A DNA stretch of 63,608 nt, counting the filler, from Chiloscyllium plagiosum (taxonomy: Eukaryota): NCBI RefSeq assembly GCF_004010195.1. It is 5 parts of one record of this genome, joined end to end, with 100 filler letters (N's around TTAATTAATTAA, not from the genome) between each part and the next. Parts side by side here need not be neighbours in the genome. Positions count along the whole stretch, not along the records: positions 25,441 to 42,021 come from NC_057717.1; positions 42,122 to 56,802 come from NC_057717.1; 3 more parts are not named here. One strand, 5' to 3'. A model generated the notes under the pieces. That model was not told the origin of the DNA, searched no databases, and saw only the letters and a list, made by a program, of their open reading frames with translations. Both the position numbers and the translations under genes were made by a program. Within the stretch, counting starts at the first letter, position 1, and every line of letters starts with the position of its first letter. Shown here piece after piece: positions 37,895 through 50,744 of the stretch.

Positions 37895-38005
37895 GGAGGA
37901 GCCAACCACTTCCCTCTCAATCGGCACCGGCTTAATTAACGGCAGCTCCAGACCAATAGGAGGAGAGGCTGGGTGGGCCTGCAGCCAATGGGAGTGAATT
38001 AGGTG
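37895..38005 (+). promoter_or_regulatory. Promoter-like module with tandem CCAAT boxes
   Basis: CCAAT at 37953 and 37985 (32-bp spacing) in a GC-rich context. A related module lies at 38970-39050. Confidence 0.35.
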
Positions 38006-38215
38006 TGTGGCCAGCAAGATGACACCTGTCCATGAGCTGTGCAGGTGCAGTGTCACTGTTTGGGGTTGGGAGAGACAGCAGAGACTGGGACAGATGCTGT
38101 TGGACCTGACTTACAAACTCCCGGTAAATTAAAACCAAAAGAACTGCGGATGCTGTAAATCAGAAACAACAACCAGGAGGTTCTGGAAAAGCTCGGCAGG
38201 TCTGGCAGCATCTGT

Positions 38216-38424
38216 AAAGATAAATCAGAGTTAAAGTTTAAGATCCGGTGTCCCTTCCACAGAACAGATATTACTGAGAAAAAAAAGTCAGTTTATGTGC
38301 AGAAGATATTGTGGGGGTAGAAAGATAAATCAGAGTTAAAGTTTAAGATCCGGTGTCCCTTCCACAGAACAGATATTACTGAGAAAAAAAGTCAGTTTAT
38401 GTGCAGAAGATATTGTGGGGGTAG
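38216..38424. repeat. Near-perfect 105-bp tandem duplication within a Penelope-derived terminal piece
   Basis: 38216-38320 and 38321-38424 differ only by one A in a homopolymer run. Confidence 0.95.
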
Positions 38425-39559
38425 GATAAAAGGAGTAAGGGATAGGTGGGGATAGAGTGAGAAGAACGGTTGGGTAAAGGATACCGATCTGGCTGGGGGA
38501 GGGTGATTAGCTTTTAATGGAGACTGTTAGTTGCTAACCATAGGCAGTGTGTAATGGCAGGCTGTGAGAACAAGGACTGGTGTGTGGGGTAGGGGGCAAC
38601 GACATGAGGTTGTTAACCTATGGTTAGCCACTAGCTGTCTCCGGTATAAGCTGTTGCCCACCTATATCAGTCCACGATTGGAGTTGCCGAGGACACAAAT
38701 CTTTGTAATATCCTCCCGAACCCCCTCTCTCCGCCTTAAAGATGTATCTAAAAATCGTTCTCTTTAATCAACGTTTCCATCATTCGTGAAGCATTTTAGG
38801 AGATTTGTTAATGTGAAAGGCTCAGTGCAGGTAGTTGTTGTTAATGTCTGACATCAGGACAAACAGGGATGAGCCCCCCTCTCCCACACCTGATGAACAG
38901 CAGCAAAAGCAGGAAGCACTGAGCATGCCCCAGCCTACAATGGGCCTCGGATTATTGATGTCAGCGCAGGACCAATAAGAGTGGGGGAACGGTGGCAAGA
39001 GGTGCTAGTTGGTCCTTCAACAAATCGGAGTGAATGAGGGGCGGGCAATACTCAACCACGTGATAAACTTCACTGACAGCACAGGATTGTCGAGACCAAG
39101 GCATTGGAAATGTGTGAAGGTGAAGGGCAGGGGAAAGGAAAAACATATTGACCAGGAAGAGAAGGAAATTTTCACGGTAAGGAATGAGAGGTTTTACAGA
39201 ACTTAGAGCACATTGTAAAACACAAATTTGAAAATCCAAATTCTGCACCATTTTCCCTCCCGAAAATGCATTTTGCACTCCCTGAAATATCAACTGTGTG
39301 TTTCTCTTTCCGCAGATACCAGTGATCAGTGCCAAAGCCCCATTGCCTGTGGAGAAGGTGAAGTTTGACTTCCTGTACAGCTTCAATTCGTGTGGTGAAG
39401 GTGCTCCCACAATGTGGTTGAGTAAGAGCTGTTATAGATTATTTACTCAGCGACAGTGAAGAGCTGACAATATATGTGCAAATCAACAACAGTTTTTTTA
39501 TCATGTTTATAATTCCACAGAAATACTATTGTGAACTTCTAACATAAGGCCACAGATGG

Positions 39560-40070
39560 GGATATTAGGTCAGGTGATCAAAAGAATTGCCAAATAACAG
39601 GTTTTCAGGAATACCTTAAAGGAGGAAAGCAGGTTTGAGAGGGTTAGGGTGGGAATTCCAATCCGTGTTGCCTTGGCAACAGTAGAAACAGCCAGACAAG
39701 TGAAGCAATGAATAAACATATCGTTGGGAGTCTGAAAGCAAATGAGATTTTGAGGTCTCGCAGTTTGTGCGGTGCAGGGAGACAGGGATGTTCACAGCCA
39801 AGAATTACATCAACGGTGAGAATTTTAAATTGTTCCTTGTTAATAGGAGCTTTTTGATGAATCAACACGTTTTGGTACAAGTGAGCCCTTGGGCAGTAGG
39901 GTTTCAGATACTCTTGGGATTGCATGTAAGTTGAATGTGAGAGGCTGGCCCGGAGTGTGTTTGGATAATGAAGCCTGGAGATAACACAGGGATGGGCGAG
40001 TATTTCAGTAAATGAGCTGAGACTAGGGTGGAGATGTGTGACGTCACTAATGTAGAAATAGTGCTTTTGG
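39560..40070 (-). mobile_element. L2-type LINE 3' fragment
   Basis: Antisense counterpart of the L2-like 3' sequence at 38640-38845. Confidence 0.5.
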
Positions 40071-40244
40071 AGTTGAGCTGTTCCTCCTCCTCGTCACTCC
40101 CCCTCCCCAATTCACAGATATTGTTCCTTGTTCTATCTGTCTGTCTTTTCTGGTTATGTCCTTCTCTCCCATTCTGCGACAAACTAATATTTGACCCCAC
40201 CGCTGTTGGAAAAACCTGCTCCATCCCGACTTTCCTTTCCTTTC

Positions 40245-40740
40245 TGAATTCCTCAAGGATCTCTCCTTGGTCCCTTATGTTTCTCACCTACATGCTGCCA
40301 GGAGGTGACATTGTCCAAAAGCACCGTGTTAGGTTTCACATGTAAACTGACAATGCCCAGCTCTCCCTCACCATCATCCCTCTCCATTACTCAGTTATCA
40401 AACTGCTCATCACGCTCCCACTACGCGATTGACTGCAATGTCCTGCAACGGAACGTTGCATTGCTTAAACCCATTGTCTTTAGTTGCTATTAAAATTCCT
40501 TTCCCTTACTGCTAAGCTCCTCCTTCACCCTGGGAACTGTCTGAGGCAGAACCACACTCTTCACAATATTGGTCTCATATCTGACCCCAAGGTGACCTTC
40601 CAATCAGACATCTACGCAATCACAAACACCAGGAATTCCAATCTCTTGACTGTTGCTTGTCTCCCCCTCACCCCAGCTCCATTACTACTGAAACCCCTGA
40701 CCCGTGTCGGTGTTGCCTTAAACTTGACGAATCCAAAACA
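40245..40740 (+). mobile_element. L2-type LINE RT fragment
   Basis: PQGSLLG-PLMFLTYMLPGGDIVQKHRVRFHM*TDNAQLSL resembles the L2 motif PQGSxLGPLLFxxYMLPLGxIIxKHxxxFHxYADDTQLYL. Confidence 0.8.
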
Positions 40741-40744
40741 GAAC

Positions 40745-41660
40745 CTGTGATTCCGCGACTATCCCAGAATCTGGTTCCAGACTCCCTCTTGATGGGAATC
40801 ATCCTCTCAGTATTTACCCTGTCAAACTCCTTAAGTATTCTACATGTTACAATGAGATCCCCTCTCATTCTTCCAAAATCCAGTGAGTAGAGTCTCACCT
40901 TCTTCAGTCTTTTCTTAAAAAATAATCCCTGCAAACCAGGGTTCATCCCAGTAAATTTTCTGTGAAATGCCTTTGATGAAAAAACGTATTTTCTTAAATA
41001 AGGGGACGGAAACATCTGTCATTACTCCAGATGTGGTCTGACTCGCACTTTATAAAGTTACTTTTAGGTATATACTCCAAACAACACCCTTTAAACTTGC
41101 ACAGATGTTGTTGAAAATGCTCAGCTGGTCATGCAGCATCTGTGAAGAAAAATCAGTTAAAGTTTCGGGTCTGGTCACCATTCCTCAGAAATGTTAACTC
41201 TAATTTCTTTTCACAGATGCTGCTAGACCTGCTGAGCTTTTCCAGAAACTTCTGTTTCTCTTCCTGGTTAACAGAATCTTCAGTTGTTTCGGTTTTCATA
41301 TCCTTTAAACTTGCTGTCTCTCCTCTCGAATTTGTCATTTCCACCTTGGAAAAAAGATTCACATTTGGTTGGTCTCCCCTACCTTGGGAAAAAAGAAACC
41401 ATGACTAGTCACCCTATCATTGTTCCTCATAATTTTATAAAGTTCAATAAAGCCACCTAAAGTGTCCAGTGCTGCAGGGAAATAGCCTCAGCCTGTTCAG
41501 CGTCTCCCTATGGTTCAAATGTTCCAATACTGGCAACACCCTAGTAAAACTTTTCTGAACTCTTGCAAGTTTCCCATCATCTTTCCTATAGCAGGGAGGC
41601 TGGAATTGAAAGCAGTCTGGGGATTCCAAAAGTGGCCGAGCCAATACACTGACCTTTAAT
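40745..41660 (-). mobile_element. CR1 fragments with a palindromic Penelope-derived insert at 41101-41301
   Basis: LYSLDFGRMRGDLIVTCRILK and YRKDDGKLARVQKSFTRVLP. The insert is flanked by CCTTTAAACTTGC (41088-41100, 41302-41314). Confidence 0.8.
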
Positions 41661-41912
41661 GGAATGTGCTGGTTAATAAATGGACTCTGGTTTGATTCCA
41701 CTGTCTGTGTGGTATTTGCACATTCTCCCCGTGTGTCTGCGTGGGCTTCCTCTGGGTGCTCTTAATTTCCTCCCACAATTCCAAAGACATGCACTTTAGA
41801 TGGATTAGCTTTGGGTAATGGTAGGTTACAGAGTTAGGGTGGAATACTGTTCCAATGGTTGTTATGGTCTCATGGGCCGAAAGGCCTGCTTCCACAATGT
41901 AGGGATTCTGTC
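41660..41912 (+). mobile_element. HE1-like V-SINE
   Basis: Core TTTGCACATTCTCCCCGTGTGTCTGCGTGGGCTTCCTCTGGGTGCTC. Confidence 0.8.
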
Positions 41913-42021
41913 ACTGAGTACAGGGGTTAGGAGGTCACGTTGTGGCTGAGTAGGGCATTGGTGAGGCCAGTTTTAGAATACTGCATTCAGTTGTGGTCTC
42001 CCTGATTTCAGAAAGATGTTA

Positions 42022-42121
42022 NNNNNNNNNNNNNNNNNNNNNNNNNNNNNNNNNNNNNNNNNNNNTTAATTAATTAANNNNNNNNNNNNNNNNNNNNNNN
42101 NNNNNNNNNNNNNNNNNNNNN
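42022..42121. other. Artificial scaffold-joining spacer
   Basis: 44 N + TTAATTAATTAA + 44 N. Confidence 0.95.
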
Positions 42122-43290
42122 TGCTATTTCTCCCACTAACTCTGTTGGTATCCTGGGATGTACTCCCTCAGCGCCATGAGACTTCTCTACCTTTAGCTCC
42201 ATTAGCTTGCCCAGCTCTAACTCTTTCACGATAATGGTTATTTCTAGGTCCTCACCTTCCTCAGTCTCCTTATCAATTACTGGCATGTTCTTCGTATCCT
42301 CCACTGTGAAGACTGACTGCTTTGTACTCATATCCCTGAACCCTGCTGGATAGCAATAACTAGGCACAGAACTCTGAGAGGTCTTCTTTGAGTCTTTATT
42401 GATGAGACATAGCAGTTACCTGGATAGTGTACATGCAGAACACCTCCAGGCAGCATCAGGTAACTCCCCGCCTGTCCGATGTGCCGCTCCCATTCTTATA
42501 CCTTTGCGGTTTGGGACTTTGAATAGAGACTGTCTATCAGGATTAACTCCATGGCAACGGTCAGTTAGAAAGTCTAGTTCAGTTCAGCACTTAGTGGTTA
42601 AAACACACACCCCTCCCCCCACACCCCTGTGGCTCCCTCAAGTATCTGACAGACGCTTCAGTTTCAGTGCGGCTGTCTATCAGGATTCTAATGTGGAGGC
42701 GCCGGTGTTGGGGTGGTGTGGACAAAGTTATAAGTCACACAACAGGTTATAATCCAACAGGTTTATTTGGCAGTACAAGCGTTTGGGGTGTGCTGTGATT
42801 TTTAACTTGATCAGGATTATCTCTATGGTAACATTTAAGTGCTTCAACAATTACAGAGGCCATATGTTCCCCACACAATAGGTTCCCCTCTAGCAGTGTA
42901 AACTGCTATTCTGGATCTGGGGATAGCTACTCATCACTTTTCTCCCCCAATTCCATCTAGCTTTCTGTTGATCTAATCTCCTAGTTTCTCCTTGGTATTT
43001 GCCAATTTGTATGCATTCTATTTCAGTTTGATAGACTCCCTTATTTCCTGAGCCACCCACAGCAGATTATTCCTTTTTCCTACAGGCCTTCCTTTTCCCT
43101 GATATATACTTTTGCTGAGCACTTTGAAAAATTGCTTTGATATTCCCCCAATGTGCGTCAACTTTCCCACTGTAAAGTCTTTGTTTCCAGTCTACCTTAG
43201 CCAACTTCTGCCTCATCCTATTGTAATCTCCTTTGTTAAAGCACAGGATTTTGGGATTAGATCTAATCTTCCAACTTTCCATCTGTGTTC
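42122..43290 (-). mobile_element. CR1 ORF2 fragments (between endonuclease and RT) interrupted by other repeats
   Basis: SVFTVEDTKNMP...LMELKVEKSHGAEGVHPRIPTEL; ILCFNKGDYNRMRQKLAKVDWKQRL. Confidence 0.75.
42321..42606 (-). mobile_element. Possible LTR with adjacent polypurine tract
   Basis: The minus strand reads GGGGGAGGGGTGTG-TGTTTTAAC..., then TATAAG, then AATAAA near 42395. Confidence 0.35.
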
Positions 43291-43871
43291 TAAGTTCAGC
43301 CAGACTTATCACAAGTCTTTTATCAGATTGCGAGGTGAGATGATGTTTCCTGGGTGTTTCGGTTTTCATTGTCATTGACCTTGTTTTTGTAATAAAGTGC
43401 AGGATTGATATTCACAACAGAGTATTATGGACGCTTTGAATGTACGACACAATATAAAACCATAAATCACTGTCTCCCCTCAGTTTCAAATTGCAAAATC
43501 ATAATCTCCTACACGCTTCCTCACTATCTAAGTTTGGAACGCTAATCCACCTGACTGTCCTGCATTTTCTGAAAATCTCCTTTGGTGAAGGTGGTGAGTT
43601 TTTGATATAGCTTTCCAGTTATTACCGTAAGAAGATAAGCACTGGGCACAGGAGAGGCAATGCAGCCCTTCAAACCAGCCCCACCATTTAATACGGTGAT
43701 GATTGAGCTCACCTCGGACTCAGCTGGATTTTCCCGCCAGCTCTCTCACCCATTGCAAATTCAACATCACTATCTCTTCATTAAATTGGCTCATTGTCCT
43801 GGCATCCACTGCATTTTGAAAAGGGAATTCCAGATTCACAACACATCGAGACAAGTACATTCTTCCTCATG

Positions 43872-44175
43872 AGAATAGAGTAGAGTCAGCGTATTCATCC
43901 ATCGAGTCCACACCAACCTATGATGAGCATCCCATTCAGACCCACTCATTCCCTGTAACAATGCATTTCCCATTGCTAATTGTCTAACCGGCACGTGCAT
44001 GCACACTATCAGCGATTTAGCATGGGAAATCCTCCTAACCTGCACATCTTTGGACTGTGTGAGGAAACTGGAGAACTGCACAAAACCATGCAAACATGGA
44101 GAGAATATGTAAACTCCACACATTCGCGTAAGGTCACTGACGCTGTGAGGCAGCAGTGCTAGCCACTGAGCCACC
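43872..44175 (-). mobile_element. HE1-like V-SINE
   Basis: CTGCACATCTTTGGACTGTGTGAGGAAACTGGAG...GCAGCAGTGCTAGCCACTGAGCCACC. Confidence 0.85.
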
Positions 44176-46327
44176 TCTGCTTAAAACCTACTGTGCCTTA
44201 TTAACCTCCCTATCCCCCAATTGGCTGAATCTATGTTCCTTACGTCAGAAATCAGGTTGTCTAAGCGGATGTCTCAGTAATCCCAGTGACCGCCCATATG
44301 TCCCGTGTGTCTGAATGGGAATCCAATACACAACACCCTCCACCCCACACTTTTTTCATTCACTTTCCAGAAACAGGGCTCCAGTGGCTGTATAGGGACT
44401 ACAACTCCCGAATTCCGAGGCAGGGTCCGCACGTCTGTGGGGAAACCTGGCACTGCACAAGTACAGAATGTGGGTGGATTTTGGAGCGTGTCCTTTGGGG
44501 TAACTAGTGGAAAGTATTTCACACTCTGATTGTCTAAAGGAGGAACATATTTGCTTGTAGTATTGATCTGTTAGAGGGTCAAATGTCACCACACCCACAT
44601 GGGGCCAAGTTCCATTCCCAACTTGTCATAACACTGGAATCGACCAATGAGAAACAAAAAATGATCTGACCCATTCCCCCAGCCTGAAGGTTCCTCTTCT
44701 GTCCAGGATCTGCCACCTCCCTTTCTCTTTCCTTTTGTTTCATTCTGCTGTTACATTATTGACTTTCAGCAACTGAAGTGAAAGGAAGTGTACACAGAAA
44801 GGGTGCAGAGTCTAACCAGGGACGGGAAGTGGTGGCATGGATCTGTTTATCAGTAACTCCATGAGAATGGGGAGGGTGTACATTAGGGGGTAGCAGAGTC
44901 AGAATGGTGGGAGAGAGTAAGTGGGCTGCAGAGTTATGACTTTGGGTGGAACAAAGGGGAAAAAGATATTCCAGCAAAACTAGAATTGTCTGTTCTGAAT
45001 TTCTAACCTGTACATATTCCTTTATACAGGGTGCCAGATGGTGAAGATTTGCAGAATGAAATCTCAAAATCATGTGCAGGTTGTGATTAAGTTAACCAGC
45101 ATTTGAAGAACCAAAGATACAGAATCACTCGGCCAAAATCCTGTAGCACTCTCCCTTCCAGCATTGTCGGTCTCTCTGCGCCAAATGGACTGAGAATGGT
45201 TCAAGACAGCAGCTCACTACCATCTTCTCAAGGGTAACTGGAGATGGGGAATAATTGCTGGCTGAGCCAGTGATGCTCATATCCTGGAAATGGTTTCTAT
45301 CTCTTGTCGCTGAATCCCCGTTGATGTTACTGCAGGATGATGAGGGATGCTGAGTACATCCTCCAGTAGGCAGCACCATTACATTACCCGTGCCTACACC
45401 CACACAGTAATACAGCAACGTCACTGGACCAAAAGGCAGTGAAGCCAAAGGAGGACTTAGATACTGTTCTTCGAAGTAAAGTCATCAAAGTGGATTGGAG
45501 CACAGCAGGAACAGGAGACTGAGCTGGATGGTCAGCTGTTTCCCATTGAATGGTGGAGCAGAATCGAAATGTCAAATGGCCTCCTCCTGCTGCTATCTCC
45601 CAGGTATGTATATACTCATGGAGCCCGGGGAGGAAGGAGTAGGCAGGGCAGGGATTCTCCAGGAGATTGCACTTCCACATCAGTCTTCAGTGAGGGATGG
45701 TTTGGTGAATTTTATTTAACATTTGACTTTTACATTTTAAAAAAAAATGTGCAAACCTTGTGTTAAAGTTTATTCCACAATAAATAAAAGTAAAAGAATT
45801 GAAACTATCTGAATATAACAGTTTTTAAAATTTCAAGTGCCATTAAGAGTAAAATCATGTCTATTCCCGGACACCATCACTTTCCAGTTAATCAAACTCC
45901 AGGGGAATATTCCCTCCCTGTCTGAACCTTTGGTTTGATTTAACTGTTTTTCAGTTCTCATTCTGTGAGCTGTGAAGTGTTCCTTTTCTCCCATTTCTCC
46001 TACCCAGAAGTATTATCACACACAGCTGAGCAACCTTCTCATAATCAAAACCATCATTACGCCATTTTGCTTTTGGTTAATCACCTACAGTAAACCACCC
46101 ATGTAACCAATTGAATATTATAAGCAAGGTCCATGATGGACAAAGCAAACTATTACAAGTGACAGCGGGAAGGCACTAAATCAAAGTAGGGTTGGGGTGA
46201 GGGGGTAGCGGCGGAAATAAAGCACTGCATCCCCAGTGGTGCTCACCTCTATCTGAAGGCATCGAGAGCATTAATACACACCACGTGCTCCTTCTCTAAG
46301 GACAGCCTGCTGTGTAGCATTTATCCA

Positions 46328-46650
46328 GAATCATAGAATAGAATCCCTACAGCATGGAAGGAGAGCATTGGCCCATCAAATTCCACCAACCATCTTAAGA
46401 ACATCATGCCCAGAGCACTCCATCACTGTGACACTGTATTTCTCATGGATGATCCACATAGTCTGCACAATCCTGGACACTGTGGACAATTTAGCACGAC
46501 TGGTCCACCTAACCTGCACATCTTTGGACTGTGGGAGGAAACCAGAGCACCTAGAGGGGACCCACATTATCATGGGGAGAATGTCGGAACTCCACATTGA
46601 CCAAGGCTGGTCTCCAACCTTTTACGTGGTGCGGTGAAGCAGCAGTGCTG
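46328..46650 (-). mobile_element. HE1-like V-SINE
   Basis: AATCATAGAATAGAATC tail and V-core. Confidence 0.8.
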
Positions 46651-46889
46651 CGATCATAATTTAAATCAAAACTTGTGATCCCTGCTCCTTGTCACATTGC
46701 TGTTTGTGGAGACTTACTGCCCAAAGAGACATCCTGAGGTTCAGAAAGTGGCAATATAAATTTTGTCAACTCCAGCCCAGTTAGTGTGATTAACAACGAT
46801 ACCATCAGTACTCCAGCAGTGTCATCATGTGCAAGGTCCAGTCCTGACTCTGATGAACAGTAAAGTCAGAATCAGAGTCCTGCAGTGAA

Positions 46890-47612
46890 GTGTTAACTTT
46901 ACCCCACACGAAGCAGGGGGATGACCACTTACGGGACTCTCAGTTGTGTTGAAGACTCAGCAAATCCCTTGTCACACAAAGAGGTGAACACTTCATACCC
47001 AGTGTGAACCTGCTGGGGTCTCGGGGATGGGATGAATCACTGAACCCCTTCTCACACACTGAGCATTTGAATGGCCTCTCCCTTGTGTGGGCTCACTGGG
47101 ATCTCAGGGGGCAGGATGAATCACTGAATCCCTTCTCACACGCTGAACATCTGAATGGCCTCTCCCCTGTGTGGGCTCACTGGGGTCTCATGGGGCAGGA
47201 TGAATCACTGAATCCCCTCTCACACACTGACCATATAAATGGCCTCTCCCCTCTGTGGGCTCACTGGGGTCTCAGGGGGCAGGATGAATCACTGAATCCC
47301 CTCTCACACACTGACCATCTGAATGGCCTCTCCCCCTGTATGGGCTCACTGGGGTCTCGGGGGAGGAATGAATAACTGAATCCCTTCTCACACACTGAGC
47401 ATCTGAATGGCCTCACCCCTGTGTGGGCTCACTGAGGTCTCGGGGGTGGGGGTGGGGCAGAATAAATCACTGAATCCCTTCTCACAAACTGACCATCTGA
47501 ATGGCCTCTCCCTTGTGTGGGCTCACTGGGGTCTCAGCAAGTGGTGCATTTGAGTGAATCTCTCCCCACGCTAAGAGCAAGTGAATGACTTTTCCCCAGA
47601 GTGAGCGCGTTG
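46890..47612 (-). pseudogene. Tandem C2H2 zinc-finger pseudogene (84-bp units, about 8 fingers)
   Basis: Repeat translation HTGERPFRCSVCEKGFSDSSCPLRPQ*A. TGA at 47093, 47177, 47261, 47346, 47429 and 47523; frameshifts present. Confidence 0.92.
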
Positions 47613-49914
47613 GTTAACCTAACCCACCTAACCTACACACTACAGGCCATGTTAACACGGCCAATTCAGCAAGCCTGCACATCTGTGGGAGGATCTCAAA
47701 TTATGTCTAAGTGCTCAGAACTGATGATGAAGGCTCACAAATACTTGACTCTGACGCAAATCCTGTTTTTTTTAAACTAAATTCTAGGGAAAACTGCAGC
47801 CAGAAAGATTTCCGATTATCTCATGAGGAAGAGAATTCAAAACTAGTGCCACTGACCCAGGGGGCGCAGTGAAATCACAGAGGTTTGGGAATCAGAAATG
47901 TAACAAGTTGTGAGCAAGGTGCGGGTGAGACAAGGACAAAAAGACAGTCTGTCACACGGTGGAAGGCAGGAGAGGTTATATAGCAGAAATGGTGGTCCCT
48001 CAAGGCCATGGGAAATGGGGTTTGGGCTGGGAAAGAATCCAGGAAACAATAGCAGTAGAATTGTATTTGGTATTTATGCTGCTGTCAAAGAAATACATTG
48101 AAAAAACAGATTATAACAACATAGAGGGCAGAGTACGCAGTCTGAAATTGTTGCTCTCATTGGTGAGTACAGAAAGCTGTAAAGCCTGCGTCATTCTATT
48201 ACAGTCAACACATGCAGGATAGGCCACTTGGCCTCAATCTGTGCTGTAACTTTCTGATAAATTTATTCTGACATTTGGAATTCAGGTCGAATGATCTTCA
48301 TAAATTCTCAAATTGGACATGAGTTTAATATTCTGGAGAAATGTTAAATAAATAACCATGATCCCATTCTGCAGACTTTAGTCCACAGCCCTGCATGTTC
48401 CAGCATTTCAGTTACATCCATGTCCTTTTATTCTAATTTGATGCTGATTACTGCTTCTGACACCCCATCAATGAGTTCCTGCTCCCCACCATCTCCGAGT
48501 GAAATGAATTCTCCCCTCCCATTCTTTCTGGGAATTAGTTTTAATCTAAATCCTCCAGTTACTGACCTCTCAGTTAATGAATAGCTCCTTCCTCTCCACT
48601 CGATCTGGATTCCTCAGCATTTTATCACTTCAATTAAATCTCAGCTCATCCTCCTCGGAAATCATCCCCAATCAATCCAACCTTTCCTCAGAGCAGAAAT
48701 TTTCCAATTGTAGAAACATTCTGACTAGTCTCCTGTGTACCCTCTCTGGTGTGATCACATCAACCCTGGAATAAGGGGATCAGAATTGTGTGCAGTACTT
48801 TAACTGTGGTCAAACGAGTGTTGCTGACATTTCTCATGTCACCTCTGTGTTCTTGTGGTTGTCACTCAGACAAGAAGTGTCCTGGATTTCCCATAGGGAA
48901 CTGGATGTGCACTCCATGGGGCTGGGATTCCCTACCATGTGTTTATTTGTTAATTAATCCTAAATTAACTTCAGATTAAAACAACATTATCAGCTACCCA
49001 CCAATCAACTTCTTCTATTATACTCAAGTCACCATACTTTTCAAAATCTCTTTAAATGTATTACTATCTAAACACAATAGGCTTTAATTTGCTGATCAAG
49101 TATTCAGATGTCTTCACTGTTACAATCACTTGAAGATTATCTTTACCTTCAGCTACATTTGGTGAATTGAACAATGATTGTAAATATATGAATATCAAAC
49201 GGACTTGAGTTTTATGATAATTAATCCAGTCTGACATTCTTGTTGGTTAATATCTTGAAGAGAACTGTTCTCAGAGCTCCAGCTGTGCTCTGACGTCATT
49301 CACAACTGGATGTGGTTGGACTGCAGATCTTNNNNNNNNNNNNNNNNNNNNNNNNNNNNNNNNNNNNNNNNNNNNNNNNNNNNNNNNNNNNNNNNNNNNN
49401 NNNNNNNNNNNNNNNNNNNNNNNNNNNNNNNNNNNNNNNNNNNNNNNNNNNNNNNNNNNNNNNNNNNNNNNNNNNNNNNNNNNNNNNNNNNNNNNNNNNN
49501 NNNNNNNNNNNNNNNNNNNNNNNNNNNNNAAGAAGCAGCTGATCAGATTGTCTCCTTCATAGTCATAAAGAGACTCTGAGATTATTGCACTGTTGGAGGT
49601 GAGGATGGAGGAGGTGGGGGAGATGGGGAGCCCTTCAAAAGAAACTATTCTGCCTGAGAGTTATGGGATTGACTTGATTGCCATGCATTTAACAGAAAGC
49701 TAATTGAAACTGTTTTTATCACCAAAAGATAACAAGACTGATGGTGCTTCCAATCATCATCAGAAACAAACCCCAAAATACATTGTTCATAGATGGATGT
49801 CAATAGCCAATCAACGTCCAACTCCTGCAATTATTCAGCAAACGTATGTGTAATTACCCAGTTCTGATGAACCAGAAAATCGCTGTTCACTCTGTGCAGA
49901 TGGACAGCGATGTG

Positions 49915-50270
49915 GGGAAGTACTGGCCTAGTGGTATTGTCACTCGACTGCCAATCCAAAGCCCCAGATAACGTTCTGGAGACCTAGGTTCAAAGCCTGC
50001 TGAGCAGATGGGAGAATTTGAATTCAAAAAAAAAATCTCTGGACTTTAAGAAACTAATGATGACCATTAATCGATTGTCAGAAAAACCCATCTGATTCAC
50101 TAATGTCCTTTCAGGAAGGAAGCTGGCATCCTTACCTGGTCTGGCCTACATTGTGACTTCAGACCCACAGCAAAGTGGTCGACTCTTACCTGCCCTCTGG
50201 GCAATTAGGGATGGGCAGGAAATGCTGCCAGACCAGCGACACCCTCATCCTGTGAATGAATAAAGGAAAA
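49915..50270 (+). mobile_element. Near-complete tRNA-derived SINE (second family)
   Basis: A box TGGCCTAGTGG, B box GGTTCAAAGCC, conserved body, and tail GGGCAATTAGGGATGGGCA...TGAATGAATAAA. Confidence 0.8.
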
Positions 50271-50744
50271 TAAAAGTCTCTACCCAGTGTGAATCTGTGC
50301 ATGTTCAACAATGTTGTGAACATTTCCAAAACTAAGTTCTCTATGTGCAAAACTTTATGAACTGCCAAAATCATTGTTCATTACTTGGTGTGAACAAGAG
50401 AAAAAAAAATCCTTCAACTTGTGGTTATGAGTAAATTCACTGATGTCTCAGCAGGATGGATGCCTGAGTGAATCTCTTCCCACACCCCACACACGCACAC
50501 ACACAGAGCAGGTCAACAGCTCCCCATCTGATCTTAGTTCTTGTACCATCTCCTATCGAATACAGATAGTTTTGTCTGCTGTATCTAGGTCTGTTATAAT
50601 CTTATACAGCTCTATCAAAAATATATTTTACTTCCAAATAAAATACCAATTTCTTCAAATCAATCCAGTAACTGTGTTTTCTTCATCAGTGAACCATTCC
50701 AGTAAGTCTGTACGCCACACTCTGAAGATCACTCATATCCTTCA

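Noticed and set aside
39904..40287. 127-aa minus-strand ORF that loosely suggested a NACHT N-terminus
   Set aside because: There is no Walker A motif, and both ends overlap L2 LINE fragments.
44398..44409. ACTACAACTCCC, a ZNF143/THAP11-type promoter motif
   Set aside because: An isolated motif with no CpG island or gene start nearby; it may lie within an LTR-like repeat.
47004..47375. 123-aa plus-strand ORF with 28-aa periodicity
   Set aside because: It is the antisense shadow of the zinc-finger array.
50430..50525. Single zinc-finger-like remnant on the minus strand (similar hints at 33360-33510 and 44980-45080)
   Set aside because: Too degenerate to delimit or support without an alignment.
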